Below are positions 1 through 10,272 of a stretch of 64,000 nucleotides of DNA, in pieces. The translations under genes and the position numbers were made by a program. The notes under the pieces were generated by a model, which saw only the letters and a program-made list of their open reading frames with translations, made no database searches and had not been told where the DNA came from. Numbering within the stretch: the stretch's first letter is position 1; each line of letters begins with the position of its first letter. The stretch spans positions 1,433 to 65,432 of the forward strand of contig JBBKXT010000197.1 in NCBI GenBank assembly GCA_037969625.1, read 5' to 3'. Source of the stretch: Saprospiraceae bacterium (GTDB lineage Bacteria; Bacteroidota; Bacteroidia; Chitinophagales; Saprospiraceae).

Positions 1-415
1 TGAGATTTTCAAAAGTATACGTGGTGTTGAGTTGAGGATCTATTTTTAATCTTTTGATACCGGGGATCACAAATGGATTGCGGATATCTTTCTCAACGTC
101 TGATTTTGTATTTGGATTGACATTCAAGGGTTGCTTGCGCTTGCCATTTTTCTGCCAGGGATCTTCCTTCGTGTAATTGTACTCCAGATTAGCCTTAGGG
201 CCTAAAGTCTGACGAATGGATTTGCGCAAAACCGGAATATAATGCTCCTCTAACCACTCAAAGAAAAACCGATTTGGGACTTGCAGTGTGAGTGTGTTTT
301 CTTGTAAGCGTATAGGTCGAATAGGTTCAAACCACGTTTTGAAACTTTGTTCACTGATCTCTTCACGTATTACGCTTAGACACCCATTCCATACTGCATT
401 GCAGTCCTGCACCAT
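1..415 (-). CDS. dnaA: Chromosomal replication initiator DnaA, N-terminal part (gene runs off the left edge of the window)
   Basis: Absent from the ORF track because it is truncated by the window edge. My reverse-complement translation from the ATG at 415-413 gives MVQDCNAVWNGCLSVIREEISEQSFKTWFEPIRPIRLQ... and, at the edge, ...DVEKDIRNPFVIPGIKRLKIDPQLNTTYTFENL. This is the typical DnaA domain I followed by the LNxxYTFxNF entry into the AAA+ domain. The frame stays open over all 415 nt. Confidence 0.85.
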   Translation of the reverse strand, partial: MVQDCNAVWNGCLSVIREEISEQSFKTWFEPIRPIRLQENTLTLQVPNRFFFEWLEEHYIPVLRKSIRQTLGPKANLEYNYTKEDPWQKNGKRKQPLNVNPNTKSDVEKDIRNPFVIPGIKRLKIDPQLNTTYTFENL

Positions 416-725
416 TATTTTTTACGCTCTAGGATGTTATTGAAAGAATCTAAATTCCATCCCATACGGTTGGTTCCGGAGTCGGAGATATGATGGATTG
501 GTTTTAGAGTTCATGATTTATTTCAGATTACGCCGATGTTCAGCGGTCGACAAAGATCAAAAAAATATCGGTGGAACTTGCCTCCTGCCTCCATTTTTCT
601 TAATTAACTTAAATATAGTTATAATCTACTACTCTGCAATACTTTATATATTTTTTTATTGCATTTTAGTAAATCATTGACTATCAATTGAACAACACAT
701 TTTAATTAGAAAGATACTGTTCCAA

Positions 726-1655
726 TCAACTTTCTTTAACCCACAGACCCTCACAGGATACACACTTTCCAGGCTTGTTTTTCTCAAAAGAGATTTCAAT
801 TTTCCCCAATCGGAGGCCACCCCAGCCAACCTGATGAACGATGACATTCTTTCCTTCTTTATTTCTCAGGTAGTCCGGCTCGCTCATAAATGTGTGCGTA
901 TGACCGCCAAGTATAATGTCTATGGATTTGCTGTTTTGTGCCAGTTTATGATCATCTGCTTTTTCAGAGTTGTATTTATAGCCTAGATGTGAAAGACAAA
1001 TGACAAGGTCACATTTTTCATCATGTTTTAAAATATTCGCTTGCTCTGTCGCATGGGCGATTGGATCAAGATATTGTGTTTGCTCATAGAGCGATTGCGG
1101 AACCAGCCCATCAAGTTCAATACCCACACCCGTTATGCCAATGCGTATATCTCCTTTTTGAATAATTTTTCTTTTGAGGAATCTGTCATGCATTACTGTA
1201 TCACTGAAATCATAGTTTGATATGACCATTGGAAAGTTGGCATGTTCACGAACCTGTTTTTCAAGATTACTAAGTCCGGCATCAAAATCATGATTGCCAA
1301 TCGTAGCTGCATCATAGCCCATCGCCGACATCAACTTGAATTCAAGTTCGCCAAGGAAGAAATTAAAATAGGGTGTCCCCTGAAAGATATCCCCTGAATC
1401 AAGCAGCAGGACATGTTCGTGTTCACTTCGGATTTGGTTGATCATTTGTGCTCTGATGGCTGCACCCCCAAGGCCTGCATTACGGGATCCATCTTCAGGA
1501 AAGGGTTCTATTCGGCTGTGTACATCATTCGTATGCAGAATGACGAGATGAGTTAGTTCTTCAGAGATAAGCTTTGAGGCATTTGCCCAACCGGGTATCA
1601 TGAGCGCAGCACCAGCGCCTGCCGTTTTATTGAGAAAACTTCTTCTTGACCACAT
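726..1655 (-). CDS. Metallophosphoesterase / 5'-nucleotidase N-terminal catalytic domain protein with a twin-arginine signal
   Basis: 309 aa. Calcineurin-like phosphoesterase motifs NDVHSR, GDIFQG, GNHDFD and GGHTH are present. The N-terminus MWSRRSFLNKTAGAGAALM looks like a Tat signal. Confidence 0.85.
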   Translation of the reverse strand: MWSRRSFLNKTAGAGAALMIPGWANASKLISEELTHLVILHTNDVHSRIEPFPEDGSRNAGLGGAAIRAQMINQIRSEHEHVLLLDSGDIFQGTPYFNFFLGELEFKLMSAMGYDAATIGNHDFDAGLSNLEKQVREHANFPMVISNYDFSDTVMHDRFLKRKIIQKGDIRIGITGVGIELDGLVPQSLYEQTQYLDPIAHATEQANILKHDEKCDLVICLSHLGYKYNSEKADDHKLAQNSKSIDIILGGHTHTFMSEPDYLRNKEGKNVIVHQVGWGGLRLGKIEISFEKNKPGKCVSCEGLWVKES

Positions 1656-1664
1656 ACCTTTTAT

Positions 1665-2420
1665 TTAATTAACATTTACAATTCTGCCATTTATGCCGAC
1701 ATCGATTTTATGCCCTGCTGCAGTTTGTGAGATAACATGCTCTATGATTAAATCGCGAACAAGTTTTCCGGATTGTGTTCGGTCCAATGGAATAAGTTCA
1801 TCAAATCCATCGCCGCCATTGGCGAGATAGTCCGGCATGGCTACCTTATATATAGCCGTCGGCACAATCATTTCTCCTTTGATGGTATAGCCTACGAGTC
1901 CACCATCATTGATTTGCATTCTTACCTCATTGCTGACAGGCCATCCACCTGTTTCTGCTACATTGTGCATCAGGGAGTCAACGAGTGCTCCCGGCATATG
2001 AACGATCACAATTAAATTATCGAAAGGACTAAGTTCAAAAATCTGACCTCGTGTCAGCGGACCCGCTGCAAGATAGGGCACACGAAGGCCGCCATAGTTA
2101 GCGATCGCAAAGGCAACCTCCGGATCTTCTTTTAGGGCGCCCCACATCATGGCATCCACAAAAAAATTACCCAATGCTGATTCAGGTTTCCTTTTTGTCA
2201 TTTCTTTAGCAACCGTACCGATCACCTCATTCATCTCGGCATCGATTTGGACCTTATAGGGTGCGATAAGGGCATTGATGGATGCATCGCCTGTGTTATT
2301 CTGCTCTGATTGGACAGTTTCATAGCGCACTTCTGTCTTCGCGACATGCTGCATCGGCGTACAGGCATATAGGAAGCTGCAAATCAACAATGTGCAAAGG
2401 GCTGTTGGTTTTAGAGCCAT
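1665..2420 (-). CDS. 5'-nucleotidase C-terminal (substrate-binding) domain lipoprotein
   Basis: 251 aa. The N-terminus has a lipoprotein-type signal (LICSFLYAC). The body resembles the UshA C-terminal domain (NYGGLR, PFDN, MPDYLANGGDG). It lies 9 nt upstream of the catalytic-domain gene in the same operon. Confidence 0.8.
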   Translation of the reverse strand: MALKPTALCTLLICSFLYACTPMQHVAKTEVRYETVQSEQNNTGDASINALIAPYKVQIDAEMNEVIGTVAKEMTKRKPESALGNFFVDAMMWGALKEDPEVAFAIANYGGLRVPYLAAGPLTRGQIFELSPFDNLIVIVHMPGALVDSLMHNVAETGGWPVSNEVRMQINDGGLVGYTIKGEMIVPTAIYKVAMPDYLANGGDGFDELIPLDRTQSGKLVRDLIIEHVISQTAAGHKIDVGINGRIVNVN

Positions 2421-2929
2421 AGCGACGATTCAGTTTTGATGGCCCTTTTTGCAATATGAGAGGGAAGTGCCTCTTCTTCATAAGCCATCGTGATCAATTT
2501 AGTGGCGTATTCATCGGCACCGGCTTTCGGATCTATTCCATCAGATGCGATGGTGATGAGATCCATGGTCTTGCTTTTGGCCTGGATGAGTATTTGCCAC
2601 AATTCGGTGGATACATATAATTGTTGCGTCAGATTGTGCTCATATTCCTGTTGTACAGCGAGAAGAAGCGCAGAACGTAATGCACCCGCATTGGCCCCTT
2701 GCGTTTTTAGCCTGAGGACAAGTTCAGGCAGGTCGAGACGCTCACATAGAAGTGTCAGTCGCTCAAACGCCTGCAATCGCAAGGGCAGGGTTATCTGCGT
2801 TTTTTTTTGCTTAAGGGTAAGTAGTTTAATTTGAGTTTGATGCCGGAAGTACTGTCTGAACATCAGAAATACAGCCAACAAAACGACGATAGATGGGATC
2901 GTCAATCCTAATATTAATTGCCAGGTCAT
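2411..2929 (-). CDS. Hypothetical membrane-anchored protein
   Basis: 172 aa with a single N-terminal TM helix (LILGLTIPSIVVLLAVFLMF). It overlaps the downstream gene by 10 nt, which suggests an operon. I recognise no family. Confidence 0.6.
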   Translation of the reverse strand: MTWQLILGLTIPSIVVLLAVFLMFRQYFRHQTQIKLLTLKQKKTQITLPLRLQAFERLTLLCERLDLPELVLRLKTQGANAGALRSALLLAVQQEYEHNLTQQLYVSTELWQILIQAKSKTMDLITIASDGIDPKAGADEYATKLITMAYEEEALPSHIAKRAIKTESSLWL

Positions 2930-3136
2930 TTCACAAAAATAGTAAAGGGAGGGGCAATTTGTCGGAAATGTTTAGTGTCCCTGAAATTTTGTCTCCGGTA
3001 AAGGCAGATTTACCAAAGCGGCCAAATGGTAGACAAGGTATAAGCGCATGGTGTAGTCCGGATTACATTCCCCCTCATTTCTATTGAACATCTTGATCAT
3101 TTGTTGTGTTAAAAGCTATAAAATCAAGAGGTTAAT

Positions 3137-3144
3137 TATCTTTG
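3137..3144 (+). promoter_or_regulatory. Bacteroidota-type -7 promoter box (TATCTTTG, followed by CACCC)
   Basis: Matches the TAnnTTTG consensus and lies 22 nt upstream of the ATG at 3167. The same TTTGCACC extension is seen upstream of both tRNA-Arg genes. Confidence 0.5.
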
Positions 3145-3166
3145 CACCCAATTTAATCTGAATTTC

Positions 3167-3514
3167 ATGGCAGAAACCACCATATCCTCTCCAATCACAC
3201 TTACTGAGGGAGCCAAAAAACACCTTCATCGGATTCGTGAAGAACAGTCAGTTCCGGAGCATTACGGCTTGCGCATAGGTGTCAAAGGAGGTGGTTGCTC
3301 GGGATTTTCCTATTTATTGGGCTTTGATGAGCCAAAAGAGCACGACACAGCGTACGACTTCGAGGGTATCCGGATTTTGATGGATAAAGCTCATGGTATG
3401 TATCTGCTCGGGATGGAGGTAGACTGGCTGGAAGGATTAAATAATCGAGGATTTATTTTCAATAACCCTAATGCAGACGAGACCTGCGGTTGCGGAACAT
3501 CGTTTTCTGCCTGA
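3167..3514 (+). CDS. Iron-sulfur cluster insertion/assembly protein, HesB/IscA/ErpA family
   Basis: 115 aa. It has GGGCSGF and the C-terminal CGCGTSF motif typical of A-type carriers. Confidence 0.9.
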   Translation: MAETTISSPITLTEGAKKHLHRIREEQSVPEHYGLRIGVKGGGCSGFSYLLGFDEPKEHDTAYDFEGIRILMDKAHGMYLLGMEVDWLEGLNNRGFIFNNPNADETCGCGTSFSA

Positions 3515-3616
3515 TTTGTCAATTTTTAGCTCGCTTTTGTAGATTAAATCCAGAAGAGCTATTCAACCCCTAATTCACTTGTTAATTTTGCCAAAATAAT
3601 TTAAACCACAATAAAT

Positions 3617-4948
3617 ATGCGATACTTTTTTTCAACCGTGATCGTCGCCCTGGTCACTGTTTCATCCTTGTTTGGGCAGATGAACAAAATTGCCTACGAG
3701 CAATACACGCTTGATAATGGTTTGCATGTCATCTTGCATCAAGATAAATCAACGCCTATCGTGGCCGTTTCGGTTATGTATCATGTAGGGTCAAAAAATG
3801 AGAATCCTGATAAAACCGGATTCGCACACTTTTTTGAACACCTGATGTTTGAAGGAAGCGATAATATTGAACGAGGTGAATTTGATGGCTATGTTCAAAA
3901 TGCAGGAGGGACACTCAACGCAAATACAAGTTTTGATCGCACTTATTATTATGAAATACTGCCTAGTAATCAACTAGCGCTTGGACTATGGTTAGAATCA
4001 GAGCGTATGTTGCATGCTCGTGTAGATCAAAAAGGAATTGAAACCCAGCGTGAAGTCGTTAAGGAAGAGCGCCGCCAACGGATCGACAATCAACCGTATG
4101 GTTCTATTCTTGAGGAAACATTTGAACGATGCTACTCAGTCCATCCTTATAAGTGGCCCATCATCGGATCGATGGCTCACCTTGAAGCAGCAGAAGAAGC
4201 AGACTATAAGAATTTTTACACTGATTTCTATGTGCCTAATAATGCAGTATTATCCATTGCCGGGGATATAGATTTTCATGAGGCAAAGAAATTTATTGAA
4301 GAATATTTCGGAGGTATTCCGAAATCAGCTAAGCCTGTCTATCGCCCAAGAGTGGTAGAACCTGATCTGGGAGGTGAAGTCAGAGACACGATTTACGACA
4401 ATATTCAGTTGCCCGCGGTCATACAAGGTTACAGAATTCCTGCACAAGGCACCAAGGATTATTATGCCGTAGATATGGTCTCTAGAATCCTTTCTTCCGG
4501 AGAAAGTTCAAGATTGTATAGAGCCTTAGTCGATGAGCAGCAAAAGGCACTTTTTGTTGGAAATTTCCCATTAGCCCTGGAAGATCCGGGTGTGTCATTG
4601 GTATTTGGGATTACAAATATGGGTGTTGATGTGCTTGATCTGGAAGTGGCCATTGATAACGAAGTCAATCGCGTCCAGGAGGAACTGATCAGCGAGAATG
4701 AATTCCAAAAACTTAGAAATCAAATTGAGTCTGAGTTTGTCACAAGCAACAGCCGAGTAGCCGGAATTGCAGAAAGTCTGGCTACCTATTATATGTTTTT
4801 TGGAGATACCGATTTAATTAATAATGAGATTGACAGATATCTTGCTGTAACGCGTGAAGATATTCAAGCAGCAGCAAAGAAATACCTTGTTAAAAACAAT
4901 CGGGTCGTACTTCATTACCTTCCAAAGTCATTGGAAAATAAATCGTAA
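3617..4948 (+). CDS. M16 (pitrilysin/insulinase) family zinc peptidase, catalytic subunit
   Basis: 443 aa with a signal peptide and the inverted zinc motif HFFEH in HFFEHLMFEG. Confidence 0.9.
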   Translation: MRYFFSTVIVALVTVSSLFGQMNKIAYEQYTLDNGLHVILHQDKSTPIVAVSVMYHVGSKNENPDKTGFAHFFEHLMFEGSDNIERGEFDGYVQNAGGTLNANTSFDRTYYYEILPSNQLALGLWLESERMLHARVDQKGIETQREVVKEERRQRIDNQPYGSILEETFERCYSVHPYKWPIIGSMAHLEAAEEADYKNFYTDFYVPNNAVLSIAGDIDFHEAKKFIEEYFGGIPKSAKPVYRPRVVEPDLGGEVRDTIYDNIQLPAVIQGYRIPAQGTKDYYAVDMVSRILSSGESSRLYRALVDEQQKALFVGNFPLALEDPGVSLVFGITNMGVDVLDLEVAIDNEVNRVQEELISENEFQKLRNQIESEFVTSNSRVAGIAESLATYYMFFGDTDLINNEIDRYLAVTREDIQAAAKKYLVKNNRVVLHYLPKSLENKS

Positions 4949-4986
4949 GAAACTCCATTCATCGCCAAATTAAAAATAGCATAAAA

Positions 4987-7092
4987 ATGAATTATATAAA
5001 AGGATTATTAATCATCGCCATTGCAGGAATGATAGCCTGCTCGCCAAAAGTGGCAAAGGAAACAGCCACATCCGGTGATTTCCGTTCCATGGCCCCAAAA
5101 GCCGGCGAAGCACGACCGGTGAAGATTGGCAAGTCACATGAATTTACACTTGATAACGGACTGAAAGTAATCGTTGTTGAAAATCATAAGTTACCTCAGA
5201 TTTCTTATCAATTGACCATCGATCGCGATGAGATGTTAGAAAAAGAAAAGTCAGGCTTGTCTAGCATGGCAGGATCCCTGCTGGCGACTGGAACAACAAA
5301 GAAATCTAAAGCCGAAATCGATGAAGAAATTGACTTTATCGGTGCAAATCTTTCGACCAATGCGAAAGGTGGTTTTGCATCTTCCCTAACAAAGCACACA
5401 GATAAAATACTTGGGCTTTTCTCTGAAGTGATCCTACAACCTGCATTCCCACAGGAAGAATTTGATAAAATCAAAACGCAAACACTTTCAGGATTGCAAA
5501 CATCTAAAGATGATCCAAATGCAATCTCCTCGAATGTGTCAAGTGCACTTACTTACGGAAAAGATCACCCATATGGTGAGATCACCAATGAAAGTACAGT
5601 CTCCAGCATTAATTTGGAAGATTGTAAAGCCTACTACAATACCTATTTCAAACCTGGCGATGCTTACTTGATTATAGTCGGTGATATTTCTCCGGATGAT
5701 GCAAAAGCAAAAGCTGAGAAATATTTTGGAAAATGGGCTGCCGGAAATACACCAAAGTACACATACGATTATCCAAAAGGAGTAGATAAGACAGCTGTTG
5801 CATTTGTTGATAAAGCTGGGGCTGTTCAGTCATTGATAAATATTACATATGCTGTAGATCTGAAGCCGGGGACCAACGATGTATTACCTGCGGTCGTCAT
5901 GAATACCATTCTGGGTAGCGGATTTTCAGGACGACTTTTCATGAACCTGCGAGAAGACAAAGCCTATACCTACGGTGCTTATTCATCACTTGATTCAGAC
6001 GAATTGGTAGGATCTTTTTCTGCCAATGCAAGTGTTCGAAATGAAGTGTCTGATAGTGCCGTCATACAATTCTTAATGGAGTTGAACAAGATGAAAGATC
6101 AACCGGTCACGCAGAAGGAACTTGGTTTAGCCAAGAGTTTTATTGCAGGTGGATTTGCTCGATCATTAGAAAGCCCACAGACAGTGGCAAGATTTGCCTT
6201 AAATATAAATATGTACAATTTGCCGGCAGATTATTATGAAAGTTATTTGCAGCGATTGGATGCCGTGACGATTGAAGATGTCTCACGCGTAGCGAAGAAG
6301 TATATAACCCCGGCGAATGCAAGAATCATCGTTGTCGGTAATAAAGATGCGGTGATGGAAACACTTGTTCCTTTTGATTTAGAGGACGGAAAGATTCAAC
6401 TCTATGACATCTATGCTAATCCACGCAAAGATGAGTCAGGAACACCGGTAGATATCACAGCAGCGCAGTTGGTCGATAAATACCTAATGGCGATTGGTGG
6501 AAAAGATAAAGTCAATGGGGTGAAATCAATAGATCAAACTTCTTCTTTCGACATGATGGGCATGCAGCTTTCTGCCAGAGAGGTAAGAAGTGAGGGTAAG
6601 CTTTATATGAATATGACAGCGCCCGGAATGAATATTATGACGCAAAAGTATGATGGTGAAAAAGCCAGAGTTGATCAGATGGGTCAGGATCCATTAAATA
6701 TTGAAGGAGATGACCTTCTATCTATGAAAGAACAATCCATGTTGTTTCCCGAAAGAAGCTATGGTGCGGAAGGATATATGGCCGAGGTGACCGGAATGGA
6801 AGAGGTAAATGGTGTGTCTTGTTATAAGATGAGTGTGACAATGCCTTCTGGCACCAAGAAAACTGAATTCTATGATAAAACCACCTACCTTAAGGTGAAG
6901 GAAATTCAGGTGTCAGGCGTAGGTGAGGAAGCAGCTACCACTACGTTGGATTATGCTGACTACAAAGTGGTGGATGGCGTTTCAATACCACACACCGTAA
7001 CGATGAGTGGTCCAATGCCGGCTCCGATTATTATGAAAACATCAGTTATAATCGTCAATGGTGAAGTAGATTCTTCATTGTTTAAGTTGTAA
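4987..7092 (+). CDS. M16 family peptidase-like protein, non-catalytic partner with a C-terminal extension
   Basis: 701 aa with a lipoprotein signal (GMIACS). It has M16-like architecture but I see no HxxEH motif. About 230 extra C-terminal residues are present. It is paired with the upstream catalytic M16 gene. Confidence 0.8.
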   Translation: MNYIKGLLIIAIAGMIACSPKVAKETATSGDFRSMAPKAGEARPVKIGKSHEFTLDNGLKVIVVENHKLPQISYQLTIDRDEMLEKEKSGLSSMAGSLLATGTTKKSKAEIDEEIDFIGANLSTNAKGGFASSLTKHTDKILGLFSEVILQPAFPQEEFDKIKTQTLSGLQTSKDDPNAISSNVSSALTYGKDHPYGEITNESTVSSINLEDCKAYYNTYFKPGDAYLIIVGDISPDDAKAKAEKYFGKWAAGNTPKYTYDYPKGVDKTAVAFVDKAGAVQSLINITYAVDLKPGTNDVLPAVVMNTILGSGFSGRLFMNLREDKAYTYGAYSSLDSDELVGSFSANASVRNEVSDSAVIQFLMELNKMKDQPVTQKELGLAKSFIAGGFARSLESPQTVARFALNINMYNLPADYYESYLQRLDAVTIEDVSRVAKKYITPANARIIVVGNKDAVMETLVPFDLEDGKIQLYDIYANPRKDESGTPVDITAAQLVDKYLMAIGGKDKVNGVKSIDQTSSFDMMGMQLSAREVRSEGKLYMNMTAPGMNIMTQKYDGEKARVDQMGQDPLNIEGDDLLSMKEQSMLFPERSYGAEGYMAEVTGMEEVNGVSCYKMSVTMPSGTKKTEFYDKTTYLKVKEIQVSGVGEEAATTTLDYADYKVVDGVSIPHTVTMSGPMPAPIIMKTSVIIVNGEVDSSLFKL

Positions 7093-7129
7093 GAAATTGT
7101 CGGCCCTTTATTGGGTGAAGGATTACAAA

Positions 7130-7166
7130 GGGTGAAGCATCTTAGACGGATGCTTCACCCTTTTTT
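7130..7166 (+). terminator. Rho-independent terminator
   Basis: Perfect 12-bp stem gggtgaagcatc / gatgcttcaccc with a short loop, followed by TTTTTT. It lies just after the stop at 7092. Confidence 0.85.
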
Positions 7167-7239
7167 AATTCCATTACGAGACTAATTAAACTAGTTGTTT
7201 TGTTCGTTGGATTCTGCACGAATCTTATACCTTTAGAGG

Positions 7240-7728
7240 ATGATTCAAGTTTTTGTAACAGGCGGAACATTTGATAAGCAATACAATTTTATCACAGGAG
7301 AATTGTCCTTTGAGAATACGCACTTGCCCGAGATGTTTGATCGCGGCAGATCGTCTTTGGATATAGATGTCAAAACCCTGATGATGATTGACTCCCTCGA
7401 AATGACAGAAGCGGACAGAGGCATTGTGATCCACAATTGCAAGCGATCTGATTCGGACAAGATTCTCATAACCCACGGGACCGATCGGATGGTGGAGACA
7501 GCCACTGCGCTGGCTAAAGAGAAGATTGACAAAACCATTGTCTTGACAGGCGCTATGATCCCCTATGCTTTTGGCACTTCCTCTGATGGTTTCTTTAATC
7601 TGGGCAATGCACTTGCTTTTGTCCAGGCCTTGCCCCATGGCGTCTATGTGGCGATGAATGGCCGTTGTTTTGCCTGGGATAATGTGCGAAAAAACCTGAG
7701 TACAGGCTTCTTTGAAACTTTGTCATGA
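7240..7728 (+). CDS. Short asparaginase-domain protein
   Basis: 162 aa. The N-terminal VTGGTFDK matches the asparaginase TGGT nucleophile motif, and HGTDRM matches the HGTDT motif. The strongly overlapping minus-strand ORFs are shadows. Confidence 0.65.
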   Translation: MIQVFVTGGTFDKQYNFITGELSFENTHLPEMFDRGRSSLDIDVKTLMMIDSLEMTEADRGIVIHNCKRSDSDKILITHGTDRMVETATALAKEKIDKTIVLTGAMIPYAFGTSSDGFFNLGNALAFVQALPHGVYVAMNGRCFAWDNVRKNLSTGFFETLS

Positions 7729-7845
7729 CTTTATTCTGTATCTTTTCCGTGCATTCCACGGTTGACTTCCTCCTCTTTTAAGATTTCTGGCTTCATATAT
7801 TAAAATATCATTATATCTTTAGCCTTGTTAATTAATTAATCTGTT

Positions 7846-9204
7846 ATGAAACTGTCTCTTCAATACAAGTTTTTAGGTATCGGTCTGTTACTCGGCATGA
7901 GTCTCAGTTTGTCTGCTCAACATATTCCAAACGGAGTGAGTTTTAAGAGACTATTTATTGATTATCAGACACTTAATGGAGGTGATTTTGGTAATTTTAA
8001 GGCATATACAGATGGCTATGAGTTCGCGTATCTCATGACTTTATCCAAAAAATTCACCTTGAATATACCTGTGAAAGTCGGGATGGGGAGTAAAATCGGA
8101 GATTTGAAAAATACAGCTATTATGGGCTTGGATGCACAAATGCACTTCTATCCGTTGTCGAACCCAACTAATTTTAAACCTTATTTTCTCGCCGGAGCGG
8201 GCGTCGTTCAACAAGGAAGAGACAGTATCAATGCCCAAGTACCCGCTGGGATTGGTGTTGATATTAAAATTGCTAAAAATGCACATTTCAATATCCAGGC
8301 AGAATACCGATGGAGTAGTGCCACCAATAATGACAACTTCAATTATGGTGTTGGATTCAAGTATTTCTTTGGAAGAGCGGAAGTGGACACAGTTAAAATT
8401 ATTCCGGTGGTAAGGATCGATAAGAAGGATATGGATGGAGATGGTATTTTGGATGTCGATGATGAATGTCCAACCGTTGCAGGCCTTGCCGTATTTTATG
8501 GATGTCCGGATACAGATGGCGATGGCATACAGGATAGCCGTGATGACTGTCCGACGGTAGCCGGACTACTTGAGTTTAATGGTTGCCCTGATTCAGATGC
8601 TGATGGCGTACCGGATGGTGAAGATGAATGCCCAACCTTACAAGGCTTAAAAGAATTCAACGGATGTCCGGATACGGATGGCGATGGCATTGAAGATCGT
8701 ATAGATGAATGTCCTTCTATTGCAGGAATTGCACTATTCAACGGATGTCCGGATACGGATGGCGATGGATTGGAAGATCGTGAGGACAAATGTCCACTGA
8801 CTTATGGGCCAATCTCCAATGGTGGATGCCCAATCATTGATAAAGCAGACCGTGAAGTACTCACCTTCGCCATGAAAGCAGTACAGTTTCAACTTGGAAA
8901 AGCGACACTCGTCAACGACAGCTATGGTGTGCTTAATCAGATCGCCAACATCATGAAAAAGTATCCGGATTATAAATTAAGTATCGATGGACACACCGAT
9001 AATACCGGCTCTGATGATGTCAACAAGAAGCTTTCTGCAGCAAGAGCCAAAGCGTGTCATGATTATTTGATGAACAAAGGGATTCCTGATGAGCGTTTGT
9101 CCTTCCAGGGATTTGGATCAAGCAGACCCATTGCTGATAACAGCACGTACTCAGGCAGAACACTGAACAGAAGAGTTGAATTTAACCTGGAACCCAACTG
9201 GTAG
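7846..9204 (+). CDS. OmpA family outer-membrane protein with thrombospondin type-3 repeats
   Basis: 452 aa with a signal peptide and an N-terminal beta-barrel-like segment. Repeated CPDTDGDGIxDxxDxCP calcium-binding units follow. The C-terminus is an OmpA_C domain (GHTDNTGSDDVNKKLSAARA...NRRVEF). Confidence 0.9.
   Translation: MKLSLQYKFLGIGLLLGMSLSLSAQHIPNGVSFKRLFIDYQTLNGGDFGNFKAYTDGYEFAYLMTLSKKFTLNIPVKVGMGSKIGDLKNTAIMGLDAQMHFYPLSNPTNFKPYFLAGAGVVQQGRDSINAQVPAGIGVDIKIAKNAHFNIQAEYRWSSATNNDNFNYGVGFKYFFGRAEVDTVKIIPVVRIDKKDMDGDGILDVDDECPTVAGLAVFYGCPDTDGDGIQDSRDDCPTVAGLLEFNGCPDSDADGVPDGEDECPTLQGLKEFNGCPDTDGDGIEDRIDECPSIAGIALFNGCPDTDGDGLEDREDKCPLTYGPISNGGCPIIDKADREVLTFAMKAVQFQLGKATLVNDSYGVLNQIANIMKKYPDYKLSIDGHTDNTGSDDVNKKLSAARAKACHDYLMNKGIPDERLSFQGFGSSRPIADNSTYSGRTLNRRVEFNLEPNW
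8431..8832 (+). repeat. In-frame tandem repeat, period about 81 bp (27 aa), roughly 4.5 copies, encoding the TSP3 units
   Basis: ggatgtccggatacggatggcgatgg recurs at about 8501, 8663 and 8744, with a diverged copy near 8582. It is coding, inside the OmpA gene. Confidence 0.85.
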
Positions 9205-9205
9205 A

Positions 9206-10237
9206 TTATTTGATTCCTTGTTGATCGAGCCAGCGTTGATACGTTCTGGCATTTACATTATGTGCTGAAAGTGTTACGGCAAAAGCATGGCCTGATCCTT
9301 CATCAAGTGGTTTCGCACAGAAAAAGATGTATTCGTGATCTTCCTTGTTCAATACAGCATTGATAGAAGCCACACCAGGCATGAAGATCGGTCCGGGAGG
9401 CAATCCCAGATGCTTATACGTATTGTAGGGTGAATCAATCGCCAGATGTCCTAAGAGGACTCTTCTGAGTTCAAAATTTCCTGTAGCAAAGACCACCGTA
9501 GGATCCGCTTGTAAGGGGATGCCTTGTTCTATTCGATTCAGATAGACGCCTGCCATTCTTTCTTTTTCAGGATTGTAGTTAGTTTCTTTTTCTATGATCG
9601 AAGCAAGGGTGTAAACTTCCTCCGGCGATAAGCCAACCGCCGCTGCCTTGGCTAATTTGTCTGCAGTCCAAAATCGATCATATTCCTTAAGCATACGTTT
9701 GCAAAAGTCATGAGGCGTAACGGTCCAATAGAACTCATATGTATTAGGAATGAAACGAGTCAATCTTGTCTCTGGAACGGTGCCTGCCACAGAATCAAAT
9801 CTTGTATCCATGTAGTTCATTAATGTAATGGAATCCATTTGGAATTTTGCAGCTACCCGGCCACACAACTGCTCGATGGTTCTGACATTTTGAATAGTTA
9901 CATTCAAAGGCGTTTGCTTCCCCGACCTCAATAGAGAGATGAGCGCTTTACTGTTTGATGGATGGGTGATGATATAACGACCATGCCTTACCGTACTGTC
10001 TCCATAATTCATCATCCCGGCAGTCCATCGCAATTTTTCAGGTGAATGGATAAGGTTGTTAGCCACCAGACTATCAATCACATCATCCAGCGTCGCACCG
10101 GTGTGGATCAATAAAACGGGTGTTTCCGGTGTCGCATTGGTGATGGTTGAAAAGGATCGCTCGTAGAGCATGTAGGCATAATATCCGCCAACTGACAACA
10201 GAATCAAACCAATGAGGAGAAGTATTCGTTTTAACAA
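9206..10237 (-). CDS. mltG: Endolytic murein transglycosylase MltG (YceG family)
   Basis: 343 aa with an N-terminal TM helix and YceG-like motifs (ASIIEKET, LQADPTV, YNTY, GLPPGPI). Confidence 0.9.
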   Translation of the reverse strand: MLKRILLLIGLILLSVGGYYAYMLYERSFSTITNATPETPVLLIHTGATLDDVIDSLVANNLIHSPEKLRWTAGMMNYGDSTVRHGRYIITHPSNSKALISLLRSGKQTPLNVTIQNVRTIEQLCGRVAAKFQMDSITLMNYMDTRFDSVAGTVPETRLTRFIPNTYEFYWTVTPHDFCKRMLKEYDRFWTADKLAKAAAVGLSPEEVYTLASIIEKETNYNPEKERMAGVYLNRIEQGIPLQADPTVVFATGNFELRRVLLGHLAIDSPYNTYKHLGLPPGPIFMPGVASINAVLNKEDHEYIFFCAKPLDEGSGHAFAVTLSAHNVNARTYQRWLDQQGIK

Positions 10238-10272
10238 AGTAGTGCTTTTAAGGGTGTAGAACGCAGGTGATT

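Noticed and set aside
416-725. Possible oriC or DnaA-box cluster in the AT-rich 310-bp region upstream of dnaA.
   Set aside because: I found no 9-mer close to TTATCCACA/TGTGGATAA on either strand. The best candidates (atgatggatt, cggtggaac) are weak. AT-richness alone does not define an origin, so the region may be just the dnaA promoter. The 60-aa ORF at 498-680 looks non-coding, with low complexity and a poor codon look.
726-2420. The 5'-nucleotidase split into two ORFs considered as a frameshifted ushA pseudogene.
   Set aside because: The C-terminal-domain gene comes first in the operon, so the order is permuted relative to UshA. Each ORF has its own export signal (lipoprotein signal and Tat signal) and its own start codon. 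This points to a genuine two-gene arrangement rather than a broken gene.
3018-3038. gcggccaaatggtagacaagg resembles a tRNA D-arm (GCCnAAnTGGTAGAC).
   Set aside because: No T-arm (GGTTCGAnnCC), acceptor pairing or anticodon stem can be built around it. It is probably chance similarity or at most a decayed fragment.
8431-8832. Regularly spaced 81-bp DNA repeats checked as a possible CRISPR array.
   Set aside because: The repeats are in frame inside the OmpA gene and encode thrombospondin type-3 calcium-binding units. The segments between the most conserved cores are also conserved at protein level. The 97-aa antisense ORF at 8496-8789 is a shadow of the repeat.
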